Source of the DNA: Malacoraja senta
Lineage: Eukaryota
Assembly (NCBI GenBank): GCA_038087875.1
Contig: JAXLNO010000193.1
Span: 62,001-123,132, forward strand
Length of the DNA: 61,132 bases
Direction: 5' to 3'
Part shown: positions 37,804 through 50,540 of the stretch, piece after piece
How positions within the stretch are numbered: position 1 is the first letter of the stretch
Layout: each line of letters opens with the position of its first letter
Position numbers and translations under genes: made by a program
The notes under the pieces: model-generated
Databases searched by the model: none
What the model was told of the DNA's origin: nothing
The model's input: the letters and a program-made list of their open reading frames with translations, nothing else

Positions 37804-38521
37804 AAGACGCAATATTTTATGTTTGTATATGCAGAAAGGCAACGGTCTTTTGGCTTCCAAAGTAAACCTTCATTATGATAGACAATGAAGGCCAGCTTTC
37901 GTGGCTGGAGACAAAGATCATCTTCTATTTATCCCTGCTCGAGATCAGACGTCAGAAATGTTGGAGCTAGGAGCATATTAAGGTCTCACTTGTTCGAACA
38001 GTTATCAGATCAATGAGCTGATCCATTCCTTAACACCCCACACCTGAAAGGGGGCACTACCAAAACAAAAGTCATTGTATGCAGCTTAGTTCAAGCCAAA
38101 GTTGACTCACAGGACGTGTGTGCATCTAGCACTATGGCCAGCCCTGGGCTTCAGAGGTGACTGACATGGTTTCAATTTACTGACCTTGTTGTTTTAGGGG
38201 CTTCAGGGTTTGCATTACGTTTGTTTTCAGATGATACACTTCAGGTCAAAGGGATATAAAGCTGTCATTGTGACAGATTTCTTTTTGAGAAATCTTAGCC
38301 CTCTGCAGAAAAATAGCTATCGATTGGTGTTATAAAGAGAAGTCTCCTGCTTTGAGCACACTGCAAAGAGTTGTGAAATATTTCTAACTTCACTTTCAAA
38401 TAGGAAATGTAAATTTCCTCCAGCACAATAAACATTCAAAATATTTTTGAGATCCTATAATTCCGGGCTCTTGATTATTCCCAAATGTAATCACTCCTTG
38501 CCTTTAACTGCCAAGACCTTA

Positions 38522-38774
38522 AGGGCGTGTCCCATGAGCAAGTGAAGTTCGAGCGTAGTCCGCGGGACGTTAGCGCGTGACGTACGGCGTCAAGACGCTG
38601 CGTACGCCGTCAAGGCGCTGCATAGGGCGTGGAGACGCTGCGCACGCCCGTCGAGGCGGTGCGTACGGCGTTGAGGCGGCTGTGGGCCGACAGGCCGTTG
38701 CCGCGCGGAATTTTTGAACACTGTCAGTTTTTCGGAGCCCCGCGCGATGGCGGGACCAGCTCCGCACAACTCCA
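38522..38774. mobile_element. Truncated CpG-rich Harbinger-type MITE
   Basis: TTA|AGGGCGTGTCCCA left TIR, internal GCTGCGTACG repeats and TTTTTGAACACTGTCAGTTTTT core. Right end replaced by a microsatellite. Confidence 0.6.
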
Positions 38775-38793
38775 TATATATATACATATATAT

Positions 38794-38888
<95 letters not shown>
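38775..38888 (+). repeat. Compound microsatellite (TA)n-(CA)~46
   Basis: Directly visible. Confidence 0.98.
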
Positions 38889-38889
<1 letters not shown>

Positions 38890-39689
38890 TTTGATCATTC
38901 AGTTACAACATTCTCTATAATTAATGTAAAATATTTAGACTTATTCATTCTATAGTTGCTTAGCATTTAAACCCTGAGAGCATTCACTAGACTACTGCAT
39001 ACAAGAAAATGTACTTTCAAATATTGGTGTACATTTCTTAGATTATGTATTTGATTAAGGTTGAAGTACTTCTTATCTCTACAATTCTAAAATTACTTTT
39101 ATAAATAAAAGTTTATTATAAATTTGATTTTTCTTGGTTAATTTCTAATTTTCTATGGTAATTCTCTCTCCCTTGCTGAAGAAATTTATCTTACATGCAT
39201 AGTAACATTGTTCTAAATGTTCAAGCAATGGATTGTTGTTTAGGTGTGAATTTGGCAATAGTGTAAAGCAGACAGGTTTTAAAATTGGGTGACATTTTTT
39301 ACTGGAACCATTTTGAAATGGAGAATAATATCATGTTTGTTATTAAGGTGTTATTACATGAAGATAAATTATACTGGATTCTCTGAATCTCTGAGATATT
39401 TATTGAGTGTGGGTTTGAAAGTCCTTACCTGAGCCAGAGAAGTTTATTGGTATGGCATTAATAAAGAATGTAACAATGCAATGTCATCTATGTTGTTAAT
39501 TATGAGCTCTAACGTTCTGCAGCAAATGTTACTGGAATCAATATTCAACAGCATTGTGAGTTTACAAAACCTCAAGGTCAAGAAGGTAGCTCACTACAGC
39601 TTCTCAAGGTCAAGGGTTGTCTTTGGTTACACTATGGACTATGGACTTTATTTTGCTCCAGTATTGGTTATTAATCTAATTTATTCCAA

Positions 39690-40043
39690 GTCAGGCAAAG
39701 GAAAAGATTTGAGGATGCGCTCAAACTCTCCGTTTAAGATGTGCAACATCACCACTAACTCTTGAGAACCTCTGGCCCATTACTGCTCGATGTGCAAAAA
39801 GGAGCACATGAAATGATATTGAGAACCACAAATCCATGCATTCGGAACACGCACAAGGCCCATATAAGATTTGGAAGGGTCAGACTTCCTCGCAAACAAC
39901 TCACCCACCTGCCCTGTCAGCCACCATCTGCCCCATCTGTGGAAGAGTCTGCAGTTTTACATTGGCTCATCAGGTGCTTCAGAACTCACAAACCCAAAGT
40001 CAAAGTAAGTCATCCTTGATCCAAAGGGACTGCTTAAGAAGAA
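39690..40043 (+). mobile_element. RTE-clade LINE 3' fragment
   Basis: KRFEDALK..KMCNITTNS.E.LA.. and CPICGRVC C-terminal motif. Tail GAGGGACTGC..AAGAAGAA type. Confidence 0.65.
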
Positions 40044-40929
40044 TGGGGAATTTCCCCAACACTTCTGTTTGTGATATTGAGATATAGGCAAGATATGGAG
40101 AGAATTCCCTCATATTATACCAATATCTACAGAAATCACTGCAATACGATGTCAGAATATCATCAGATGGTAAACATTCCAACTGGCAAAGATGACAGTT
40201 CTCAGCCAAGTTGATATTTGCTGGAAATACAAATAATATTAATAAATATGTGAGACCATGTGCATTCATGTTACCCCTGTGATTTAGACATTAAATCCTC
40301 CAGGGGTCTAGCACGTAGATCAGAATTTATTAAAAAAAAAAAAAACAAGAGTTTAAATAAATCAGAAAAGAAGGAAGAAAAACAAAGACAGGAAAAAATA
40401 AAACAGTGAGAACAAGGAGAAAAATAGTAATTCAACTTCGCTATGGTATGACAATGAAATTCTGTCCAAAAATCTATCCAGGGTTTTAAATGATGACTGA
40501 CGATTGGCCAGCTAGGTAAGATGTTGGAAGGATGACAAAAAATAAAAGCCTTCAGTAGTGGTTTGAAAAAATAAAACATAAACATATTTTGGTAACATTG
40601 ATGCTGTCTTCTATCGTACCTCTGCTGAAAAACAATTACATTTAACAGTTATGTCAAATCTTGTTTCTTACAAAATATTGTGGAATTGGCCCAAAGAGCT
40701 GAAACAACAGCTTTGAAGTGGTGTATATCCCAAAATATGCAAAAACAGTTCTTGCTTGATGCTCCATCCTGAGAGATGTGATCAGTTCCTACAGACACAC
40801 TAGCTGTGGCAGACACACACCAGCAACACACTTTATTGTTGGTGTTCAGGAGGGAGGCTACAGAGGAGGGGAATTCAACTCCCACATTCACTCCAGAGAT
40901 GTGCAAGTACTGGCCAATGTCACAAAAGA

Positions 40930-41070
40930 TTTTCTGTGAAAAAAGAAGACCTCTCGGATATTCTGGAGTGGAAAGCCTCAACTTGGGAGCAGATGCGGAG
41001 TAGCAGTAAAAAGTGAAATTAAGGATGGTATCCTTGCAAGAGGCAAGATGAGAAGAGGTGTAACCCATTC
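40930..41070 (-). mobile_element. Penelope ORF fragment
   Basis: YTSSHLASCKDTI..RICSQVEAFHSRISERSSFF, parallel to 55380-55510. Confidence 0.7.
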
Positions 41071-41392
41071 AAAATGGAAAGTGTAGATAAATGTGGACAT
41101 TGAACAAGAACTGAATTCACAACTCCTGATAACTGAACAATTGTAAACATTTATCCACCAGGATTTTATAGGCCATGAATTACCTGAACCATGGACCCTT
41201 GTTGCATATATAAGAAAACTTAAAATACTAACATAATGAGAATGTAAAAATGAATTTATAAAAGTGTGTGTTTCGAATCAACCAATCCTATGTAAAAAAT
41301 TGCAAGTCCAAGCCAGGTCAGTGCTGGAGTATAGTTCCATATCTGTCACTCTTCTGCCCAATCATGAACTAAATTAAATGACATTCTTGACA

Positions 41393-41530
41393 GATAAGGG
41401 TGCCTGAGGATACAGGGAGAAGCCAGGAGAATGGGGCTAGGAGGAAAAATAGATCAGCCATGATCGAATGGTGGAGCAGAATTGATGGGCCGAATGACCT
41501 AATTCAGCTCCTATATATTATGGTCCTATG
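41393..41530 (+). mobile_element. CR1 3' end
   Basis: GATCAGCCATGATCGAATGGTGGAGCAGAATTGATGGGCCGAATGACCTAATTCAGCTCCTAT. Confidence 0.75.
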
Positions 41531-41863
41531 TCAGTTGACTGAAAATATGCCATTGGTTTTTTCCCTCCTTAATCCTTGATTACCCTGACTTACTATTATT
41601 CTGCTTGAGATGATCTCACTTATTGCAGGACCAATACTGACCTATGTGGTTCAATATTTGTTCAGTGGTACACTTACTCACTGACCATACACATTGGTGT
41701 CGATAGCAGAACCAACAAGAATGCAGCATTTGGCCATATTAACAGTCAAATCCATGTTAATTTGTATTATACCTAAAACAGAAAAACAAACTAAAAGAAT
41801 TTGAAAAAATATACATCAAGCTTCAAAACAAATTATAAAATATTAAGCTGCCATGTAATGTTA

Positions 41864-44800
41864 CATAGATACATAGATACATAGAAAATAGGTGCAGGAG
41901 TAGGCCATTCGGCCCTTCGAGCCTGCACCGCCATTCAATACGATCATGGCTGATCATCCAACTCAGTATCCCGTACCTGCCTTCTCTCCATACCCCCTGA
42001 CCCCTTTAGCCACAAGGGCCACATCTAATTCCCTCTTAAATATAGCCAATGAACTGGCCTCAACTACCCTCTGTGGCAGAGAGTTCCAGAGATTCACCAC
42101 TCTCTGTGTGAAAAAGTTTTTCCTCATCTCAGTCTTAAAGGATTTCCCCCTTATCCTTAAGCTGTGACCCCTTGTCCTGGACTTCCCCAACATCGGGAAC
42201 AATCTTCCTGCATCTAGCCTGTCCAACCCCATAAGAATTTTGTACGTTTCTATAAGATCCCCTCTCAATCTCCTAAATTCTAGCGAGTATAAGCCAAGTC
42301 TATCCAGTCTTTCTTCATATGAAAGTCCTGACATCCCAGGAATCAGTCTGGTGAACCTTCTCTGCACTCCCTCTATGGCTATAATGTCCTTCCTCAGATT
42401 TGGAGACCAAAACTGTACGCAATACTCCAGGTGTGGTCTCACCAAGACCCTGTACAACTGCAGTAGAACCTCCCTGCTCCTATACTCAAATCCTCTTGCT
42501 ATGAAGGCCAACATACCATTCGCTTTCTTCACTGCCTGCTGCACCTGCATGCCTACTTTCAATGACTGGTGTACCATGACACCCAGGTCTCGCTGCATCT
42601 CCCCATTTCCTAATCGGCCACCATTTAGATAATAGTCTGCCTTCCCGTTTTTGCTACCAAAGTGGATAACCTCACATTTATCCACATTATACTGCATCTG
42701 CCAAACATTTGCCCACTCACCCAACCTATCCAAGTCACCTTGCAGTCTCCTAGCATCCTCCTCACAGCTAACACTGCCCCCCAGCTTAGTGTCATCCGCA
42801 AACTTGGAGATGTTGCTTTCAATTCCCTCGTCCAGATCATTAATATAAATTGTAAATAGCTGGGGTCCCAGCACTGAGCCTTGCGGTACCCCACTAGTCA
42901 CTGGCTGCCATTGTGAAAAGGACCCGTTTACTCCTACTCTTTGCTTCCTGTTTGCCAGCCAGTTCTCTATCCACATCAATACTGAACCCCCAATACCGTG
43001 TGATTTAAGTTTGTATCCTAATCTCTTATGTGGTACCTTGTCGAAAGCCTTCTGAAAGTCCAGATACAACACATCCACTGGTTCTCCCCTATCCACTCTA
43101 CTAGTTACATCCTCGAAAAATTCTATAAGATTCGTCAGACACGATTTACCTTTCGTAAATCCATGCTGACTTTGTCCAATGATTTCACCACTTTCCAAAT
43201 GTGCTGCTATCCCATCTTTAATAACTGACTCTAGCAGTTTCCCCACTACCGATGTTAGACTAACTGGTCTGTAATTCCCCGTTTTCTCTCTCCCTCCCTT
43301 CTTAAAAAGTGGGGTTACGTTTGCTACCCTCCAATCCTCAGGAACTACTCCAGAATCTAAAGAGTTTTGAAAAATTATCACTAATGCATCCACTATTTCT
43401 GGAGCTACTTCCTTAAGTACTCTGGGATGCAGCCTATCTGGCCCTGGTGATTTATCGGCCTTTAATCCATTCAATTTACCCAACACCACTTCCCGACTAA
43501 CCTGGATTTCACTCAGTTCCTCCATCTCCTTTGACCCGCGGCCCCCTGCTATTTCCGGCAGATTATTTATGTCTTCCTTAGTGAAGACGGAACCAAAGTA
43601 GTTATTCAATTGGTCTGCCATATCCTTGTTCCCCATGATCAATTCACCTGTTTCTGACTGCAAGGGACCTACATTTGATTTAACTAATCTCTTTCTCTTC
43701 ACATATCTATAAAAACTTTTGCAGTCAGTTTTTATGTTCCCTGCCAGTTTCCTTTCATAATCTATTTTCCCTTTCCTAATTAAGCCCTTTGTCCTCCTCT
43801 GCTGGTCTCTGAATTTCTCCCAGTCCTCTGGTATGCTGCTTTTTCTGGCTAATTTGTACGCATCATCTTTTGCTTTGATACTATCCCTGATTTCCCTTGT
43901 TATCCACGGATGCACTACCTTCCTTGATTTATTCTTTTGCCAAACTAGGATGAACAATTTTTGTAGTTCATCCATGCAGTCTTTAAATGCCTTCCATTGC
44001 ATATCCACCGTCAACCCTTTTAGAACTAATTGCCAGTCAATCTTGGCCAATTCACGTCTCATACCCTCAAAGTTACCTTTCTTTAAGTTCAGAACAGTTG
44101 TTTCTGAATTAACAATGTCACTCTCCATCCTAATGAAGAACTCAACCATATTATGATCACTCTTGCCCAAGGGGGCACGCACAACAAGTCTGCTAACTAA
44201 CCCTTCCTCATTACTCATTACCCAGTCTAGAATAGCCTGCTCTCTCGTTGGTTCCTCTACATGTTGGTTTAGATAACTATCCCTCATACATTCCAAGAAA
44301 TCCTCTTCCTCAGCACCCCTGCCAATTTGATTCACCCAATCTATATGTAGATTGAAGTCACCCATTATAACTGTTTTGCCTTTGTTGCACGCATTTCTAA
44401 TTTCCTGTTTGATGCCATCCCCAACTTCACTACTACTGCTAGGTGGCCTGTACACAACACCCACCAGCGTTTTCTGCCCCTTAGTGTTTCGCAGCTCTAC
44501 CCATACCGATTCCACATCCTCCAAGCTAATGTCCTTCCTTTCCACTGCGTTAATCTCCTCTCTAACCAGCAACGCTACCCCACCTCCTTTTCCTTTCTCT
44601 CTATCCCTCCTGAATATTGAATATCCCTGGATGTTCAGCTCCCAGCCTTGGTCACCCTGGAGCCATGTCTCCGTGATCCCAACTATATCATAATCATTAA
44701 TTGCTATCTGCACGTTCAACTCATCCACCTTATTACGAATGCTCCTTGCATTGAGACACAAAGCCTTCAGGCTTGTTTTTACAACACTCTTACCTCTTAT

Positions 44801-45071
44801 ACAATTAGGTTGAAAAGTGGCCCTTTTTGATTTTTGCCCTGGATTTGTCTGCCTGCCACTTTTACTTTTCACCTTGCTACCTATTGCTTCCGCCCGCATT
44901 TTACACCCGTCTGTTTCTCTGCTCACCCATTTAAGAACCCCACCACCTCTTATTCTCTGTTTATTATTATTTTCTTCTTCCCCCCCTACATGTTGGGTCT
45001 GAGTGCTTTCCTTCTCTGCCTCCTGCCTCACACACTGTCTAATAGCATTCTCTATTTCAGTCCCTCCCCCC
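41864..45071 (-). mobile_element. Young CR1 LINE with uninterrupted ORF2 (APE endonuclease + RT), 5'-truncated near the ORF1/ORF2 boundary, in the last TRABD2B intron
   Basis: 1036-aa ORF (41963-45073) with LNARS, GITETW, GVVYRPP, MGDFN, SDHN, YLDFQKAFDKVPH, GVPQGSVLGP, KFADDTK. Tail (TATGTATC)n. 8-bp TSD TAATGTTA (41856-41863, 45147-45154). Confidence 0.97.
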
Positions 45072-45232
45072 AACTATGATTTTTTTTTGGATTAGCTCCA
45101 TACATTATTGCTGGATTTTTATTGTTTCAGCTTTCAAGTGCCCTAATAATGTTATTATTAGGGCACTTGAAAGCTGAAACAATAAAAATCCAGCAATAAT
45201 GTATGGAGCTAATCCAAAAAAAAATCATAGTT
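45072..45232. repeat. Perfect inverted repeat, 79-bp arms with 3-nt spacer
   Basis: 45072-45150 is the exact reverse complement of 45154-45232. Confidence 0.95.
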
Positions 45233-45707
45233 TTATAATAATAGTCAAGTGAGTAAAAGTATAATCCAATGAACTATTTAGTTAAGGTATTTAATTTCAG
45301 TTAAAGTTTTTGCTCCCCAATTGAATTGTTTTCTGACCCTCATTGGCATTATCTTAGGGTTGACTTTGCAGCTTGCTAGCACAGTTCAGCAAATACCAAA
45401 TCTCACGGGTACCAATAAATTTCAATTGTGTTTCTTCTTTGCATATTTGAGTGATTTTCACATCACAAAAGACCTACCAATAAACAGGACTCTGAGGTAG
45501 AACTAGCCAGAACAGGCAGTTTAAAGAATATTCTTGTTTAAGAAAAAAGTGGACAATGCAATCAGTACAAATGGATTAAATCAGCAATGTTAGAAAAATT
45601 ACCATAATGACATGTTCCTTTCATTCTCAGTGATGCTACCACCTTTCTCTTACACATCATGACATCATCTCTTGAGTGGCATTTTAAACATAATTAACCA
45701 AACCCAC

Positions 45708-45983
45708 CTCTCTTCTATGCGAACCCACAGATCGCTGAACTGCCGTTGCCTCTGCTGTTTGGGCAGCTTCTTCTGCGGTTTCTTCTGGCGACCAAATTCT
45801 TCCAGTTGACTAAGACTGTCGGGCATCAAGAGGTGCGTAGAAATTATGTCGTCATCAAAGTCGTCTGTTGGAGAAGAAAGGGAAGGAGCTGGCAGGGAAT
45901 CTTCTGATGATTCACCGATGGATGTCAAAGAGGTTGATGGAAGTGAAGAACTGCCTGAAGCGCCAGTCTTCTGTGTCCTTATC
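45708..45983 (-). CDS. TRABD2B: Penultimate coding exon of metalloprotease TIKI2
   Basis: 276 nt, AG|...|GTGGGT, phase 2-2. Encodes ..[43 protein letters not shown], matching recalled TRABD2[32 protein letters not shown]. The TRABD2A paralog is less likely but not excluded. Confidence 0.9.
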
Positions 45984-47007
45984 CTTTATAAATAAAAGAA
46001 TCAATTAAGTCAAGGTTCCTCCATCAACACAATTATGTGTTAGCGACTATCATTAATGACTTAATACTATTTCATTTAACTTATCTGATACAGCAAGGAG
46101 TCAAGCATACAAGATGATTTTGATCCGGGACTTCAATTTTAACCCATTCTGCTCAGTGGTAAGGTACCAAGAGAGTGATTAATATCACAAAAAGTAAGAT
46201 CTTTTGTGTGTTTTACATTTAAAATTTGAAAACAATTATTTTTGCAGTTGAGCTAACTCTAATTACAAATGCAACTGGTGGAAAGAGGAAAATGTTTTAT
46301 ATGTAAAATCAAATAACAGTCAGATGATATCTCTTGGACAATGGGATCATTTTAACAGGATGGGCTAGAAGGAAGATCCAATATGTAAAATGAGGAGGCC
46401 TGGGTTCACACTTTGCTGCATGTAAAGCAACATCTTTTCACATTGCATGAATCTGAATTCCACAAGAGAATTTCTAGTTTTTCATTTTGTTTTTTTCTGA
46501 TGATTTTTTCTCTACTTTCCAGCACTTTAGCACCCTGTTTAGGGTTTAAAGCTATTCTCCAATTGAAGGATGAGGTTGCAGTACATGCCTGAAGGAATAG
46601 ATAGTGTGTGTGACCTTCTGGAAGATAAAATCTTCAGGATAGGGGAGTTATTCATAGAAGGAATGTTTTGTACGGCCAATTGACAGGTCAATAGTTACTC
46701 TTTGGGATGCCCATGAGGTACAGTGTGGGAGTGGAATACACACCAGAAGGCAGGTTGCCACTGATTTATTCAATCACAATCTACTAAAACCGTCTACCGT
46801 AATATGGCATCAATATCTTCCTTGCCACAGCAAACTAATCCATTGCCTTTGTGAAACGTATCCACAAACAAAATGAGGGATTTGGAGAGGCGGCCAGCGT
46901 TTGTCCTGTCATACAGTACTCAGCTCATAGAAATGGTAAAGCCTGGCAGATGATCAACATGTGATTGATGAGTGCTCACCAATGAAGAATAATATAACTA
47001 TTTATTG

Positions 47008-47325
47008 ATGGTAGAGCTTCTGCCTCAAAGCATCAGAAACCCAGGTTCGATCCTGACCTCGGGTGCTGTCTGTAGGGAATTTGCATGTGGTCCCTGTGAC
47101 TATGTGAGTTCCTGTGACCATGACCGGGTGCTCCGGTTTTCTTCCACATCCTGAAGATGTACGGGTTTGTAGGTTAATTGACCTCTGTAAATTGGCCTAG
47201 TGTGTCATGAGTGGAAGTGAAAGTGGGATAAAATGAAACCAGCGTGAATGGGTGATCAATGGTCAGCATGGATTCATGGGCCAAAAAACTTGTTTTCATT
47301 CTGTATCTCCAAACTAAAAACGAAA
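47008..47325 (+). mobile_element. HE1/V-SINE
   Basis: GGTAGAGCTTCTGCCTCA..GGTTCGATCC..GGGTGCTCCGGTTTTCTTCCACATCC, with CR1-like tail. Confidence 0.85.
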
Positions 47326-47409
47326 CAACATTAATAACATTATTGTCACATATACTGAGGTACAAGGAGAAGCTCGGTTTTGCATGCTTTTCAATTGACT
47401 AAAAGATTC

Positions 47410-47685
47410 AGCATAGAAGTGGGCTCTTCAGCCTTCAGAGTTCACACTAGCTCTATGTTATCCCACTTACACACCCACTCCCTACACACAAGGGGCAAGT
47501 TACTAGATCTATTAACCAAAACACTGCATGTCTTTGGGATGTGGGAGGAAACGAGAGTACCTGGAAGAAACCCATGCAGACGCAGGGAGAAAGTGCAAAC
47601 TCCTCATAGACAGTACGTAGGGTCAGCATCGAACATGGATCTCTGGCACTGTGAGGCAGCAGCTCTACCAGCTGTGCCAGTGTGC
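47410..47685 (-). mobile_element. HE1/V-SINE
   Basis: Reverse of GGTAGAGCTGCTGCCTCACAGTGCCAGAGATCC..GAGTTTGCAC. Confidence 0.8.
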
Positions 47686-47814
47686 GATCAAATCAAGTAA
47701 TGCTATACATCATTACAATCGTCAAACTAAAGTATAATTGATAGAACAAAGGGGAAGATACAGAGCACAAAATATAGTTTTCAACAGTGTAGCACATCTG
47801 CTCCACAGAGATGC

Positions 47815-49700
47815 ATCACACAACTGCTAATTCCCCTGCTCTACTCTCTTTATACCCCATGACTGTATGGTTAAGTACAGCTCCAAATCCATCTATAAAT
47901 GTGCCAACGACACCACTGTGACAGTGATGGTAAGGTACAGGAGATAGATATACACTGGGTTGAGTGGTGGCACAACAATAACCTCTTGCTTGACATCAGC
48001 AAGACAAAAACTGATTGTTGTCTTCAGAAAGGAGGAGTTGGGAGACTAAGCACCTGTTTTATTGATGGGCCAGTGGTGGAGAAGGTTATGAGCCTCAAAT
48101 TCCTGGGTGTAACATAGACCTCGGATGACTAGTTCTACGCCAGTACATAGATGCAATTATGAAGAAGGTTCCCGAGTACGCCTGTTTTCTTAGTTGTTTA
48201 AAGAGATACAGTGTGTCTCTGAATACTCCAACAAACGAATACAGATATACTGTAGAAAGTATCCTGATGGTTGCATCATGACCTGGTATAGAGAATCCAA
48301 TGCACAGGAATGGAAGATGTTGCATGGACTAGTGAATGTTTAGTATGGGTGTCCGGGATTATTGGGAGAAGGCAGGAGAGTGGGGTTGAGAGGGAAAGAT
48401 AGATAACCCATGATTGAATGGTGGAGTAGACTTGATGGGCTGAATGGCCAAATTCTGCTCCCACAACTTTTGAACATGACTTAATTCATGTTAATTGCCA
48501 ATTTGTAGCTTCAAAATAAGTGTACATGTATAGCCATGTAGGTGAACTCAGCTCGGTCACAGCCCTCCACTCCATCAAAAGCATCTATATCATATATCAT
48601 AATCATAATCATAATCATACTTTATTAGCTAAGTATGTTTTGCAACATGCAAGGAATTTGGTTTGCCATACAGTCATACCAATAAAAAGTGACAAGACAC
48701 ACAAAATACATTTTACATAAACATCCACCACAGTGACTCCTCCACATTCCTCCTGTGATGGAAGGCAGAAAAAAAGTTCAATCCCTTCCCTTCTTTGTTC
48801 TCCCGCGGTCGGGGGCCTCGAGCCTTCTGTTGACGGGATGATCTTGACTCCCGTAGCCGGTGATTGGGCCCTCCGCATCGGGGGCGATCAAGATTCCGCA
48901 TCGGGGGGATCTCAGCTCGGGCCGGGCGATCGGACCCCAGGTCGGGACTAGTTGAACTCTGGCGACTTTGGAGCTGCCTGACATCAGTCTCCACCCGAGA
49001 CTGTGAGCTCCTCGATGTTGAAATCCGCAGGCCGCAGTTGGTGCGTTGATCCCAGGCAAGGGATCGCAGGCTCTGATGGTAAGTCCATGGCCCCGCGGTG
49101 GGACTCAAAGTCAGTCCCGAGTAAGGTCGCCAGCCCCATGATGTTAGGCCGCAGAGCGACCGGAGATATGATCCGGAAAATAATTGCATCTCCGGCAAAG
49201 TAAGAGATTGAATAAAAAGTTTCCCTGACCCCCTCCCCCACTTCCCACATAAAACAAACCAGAGAACATTAACACAAACATTTTTAAAATAACTAAAAAT
49301 AACAAAAAAGACGAAAATACAGCAGACCGTTGGTGAGGCTGCCATCGCTGACGGCGCCTCCCGGTGGCCTCAAGGCGGCATCAAGGATCCACACCATGTC
49401 CAACATCACCAGGTTGAGGAACAAATACTTTGCTACATCTATCAGGTTCTTGAACCACCTTACACAACCCTAACCCTACTTCAACTATGGATTATTACTG
49501 CCCACCTCTTGCACTACTATGGACTTGTATTTATATTTATTTTTTAATTATGTTTTTGCATTATTGTTTTGTTGCTTAGTCTTCTTTTCTTTAGAATTGT
49601 GTGTGTAATTTGTGTATAAATTATGTGTATTTGTTTCTCTGTGTGTTTGTCTATGTGCCTGTGATGTGCTGCAAGCAAGACACTGTACTGTAACTGTGCA
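47815..49700 (+). mobile_element. Degenerate Rex1 with nested CR1 3' end (about 48345-48480) and non-autonomous element
   Basis: WWHNNNLLLDISKTK, SLKFLGVT. Rex1 3' end at 49370-49700. Confidence 0.7.
48591..49367 (-). mobile_element. GC-rich non-autonomous retroelement with Rex1-type tail
   Basis: Minus-strand 3' end TTGCATGTTGCAAAACATACTTAGCTAATAAAGT(ATGATT)n. T-rich 5' leader after GGCGCCGTCAGCGATGGCAGCC. No long coding ORF. Confidence 0.65.
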
Positions 49701-50540
49701 TAGATAGATAGATAGATAGATTCCTTTATTGTCATTCACACCTTTCGGTCTGAACGAAATTATGTTGCCTGCAGTCATACACAGAACCAATAATAACAAA
49801 ACAGACAATAAACACAAATTAAACATCCACCACAGTGAGTTCACCAAGCACATCCTCACTGTGATGGAGGCAAAGTCTTAGTCCCCGTCTCTTCCCTCCT
49901 TGTTCTCCCTCTGCGGAGGCGATCGATCCAGGCCGAAGATGCCGCCCTCCAGTCCAGCGGACCTCCATGGTGATGTCGCCGCCACCAAAAGCCGGAACGC
50001 CGTCTCCGCTCCGAGACGGCCCGCCACAGCATCAGCCCCGGGCCGCCGCCCCAGCTCCAGGCCGCTGCCCCAGCTCCGGGTCCCGCAGTCTCCGCTCCGG
50101 GCCGCCGCCCCAGCTCCAGGCCGCCGCCCCAGCTCCAGGTCCCGCAGCCTCCGCTCCGGACCCCGCAGCCTCTGCTCCGAACCCCGCCGAAAGCCAGAAC
50201 GCCGCACCAGCAAAGTCGGGCCACCGCTGCCTCAGCCCCGAAGACGGCCAGCCTCTCGCTGGTAAGTCCTGGCTGGCTCTGCCTCCGTAGCCTCGGGGTC
50301 GTTCGCAGGTTGGACATCCGCCAGCTTCGCCATTAGGCCTCAGCGCAGACGGAGGCAGAGAAGGGGGATACGACACGAAAAAGTCGCATTCCCCCGAAGG
50401 AAGAGACAGAGAACATGTTTCACCCCCCCTAACACAACCCAACAAACTAAAACTTAACCAAAACAAGACAAAAAAAACACCAGAAAAATTAAAAACAGAC
50501 GGACTGCAGGCGAGCCGCAGCTGTTAACAGCGCCGCCACT
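49700..50540 (-). mobile_element. Second GC-rich non-autonomous retroelement with Rex1-type tail and internal minisatellite
   Basis: 3' end GAATGACAATAAAGGAA(TCTA)n. Shares AAACATCCACCACAGTGA..CTGTGATGGA block with 48591-49367. GGCCGCCGCCCCAGCTCCA repeats at 50035-50180. Confidence 0.65.

Noticed and set aside
38570..38955. ORFs with (CV)n or (HT)n repeats
   Set aside because: Translations of the (CA)n microsatellite.
42240..45079. Plus-strand ORFs over the CR1
   Set aside because: Antisense shadows of CR1 ORF2.
48713..50466. Many overlapping GC-rich ORFs of 100-210 aa
   Set aside because: Stop-poor GC-rich repeat interiors, with no recognisable domains and open in several frames.
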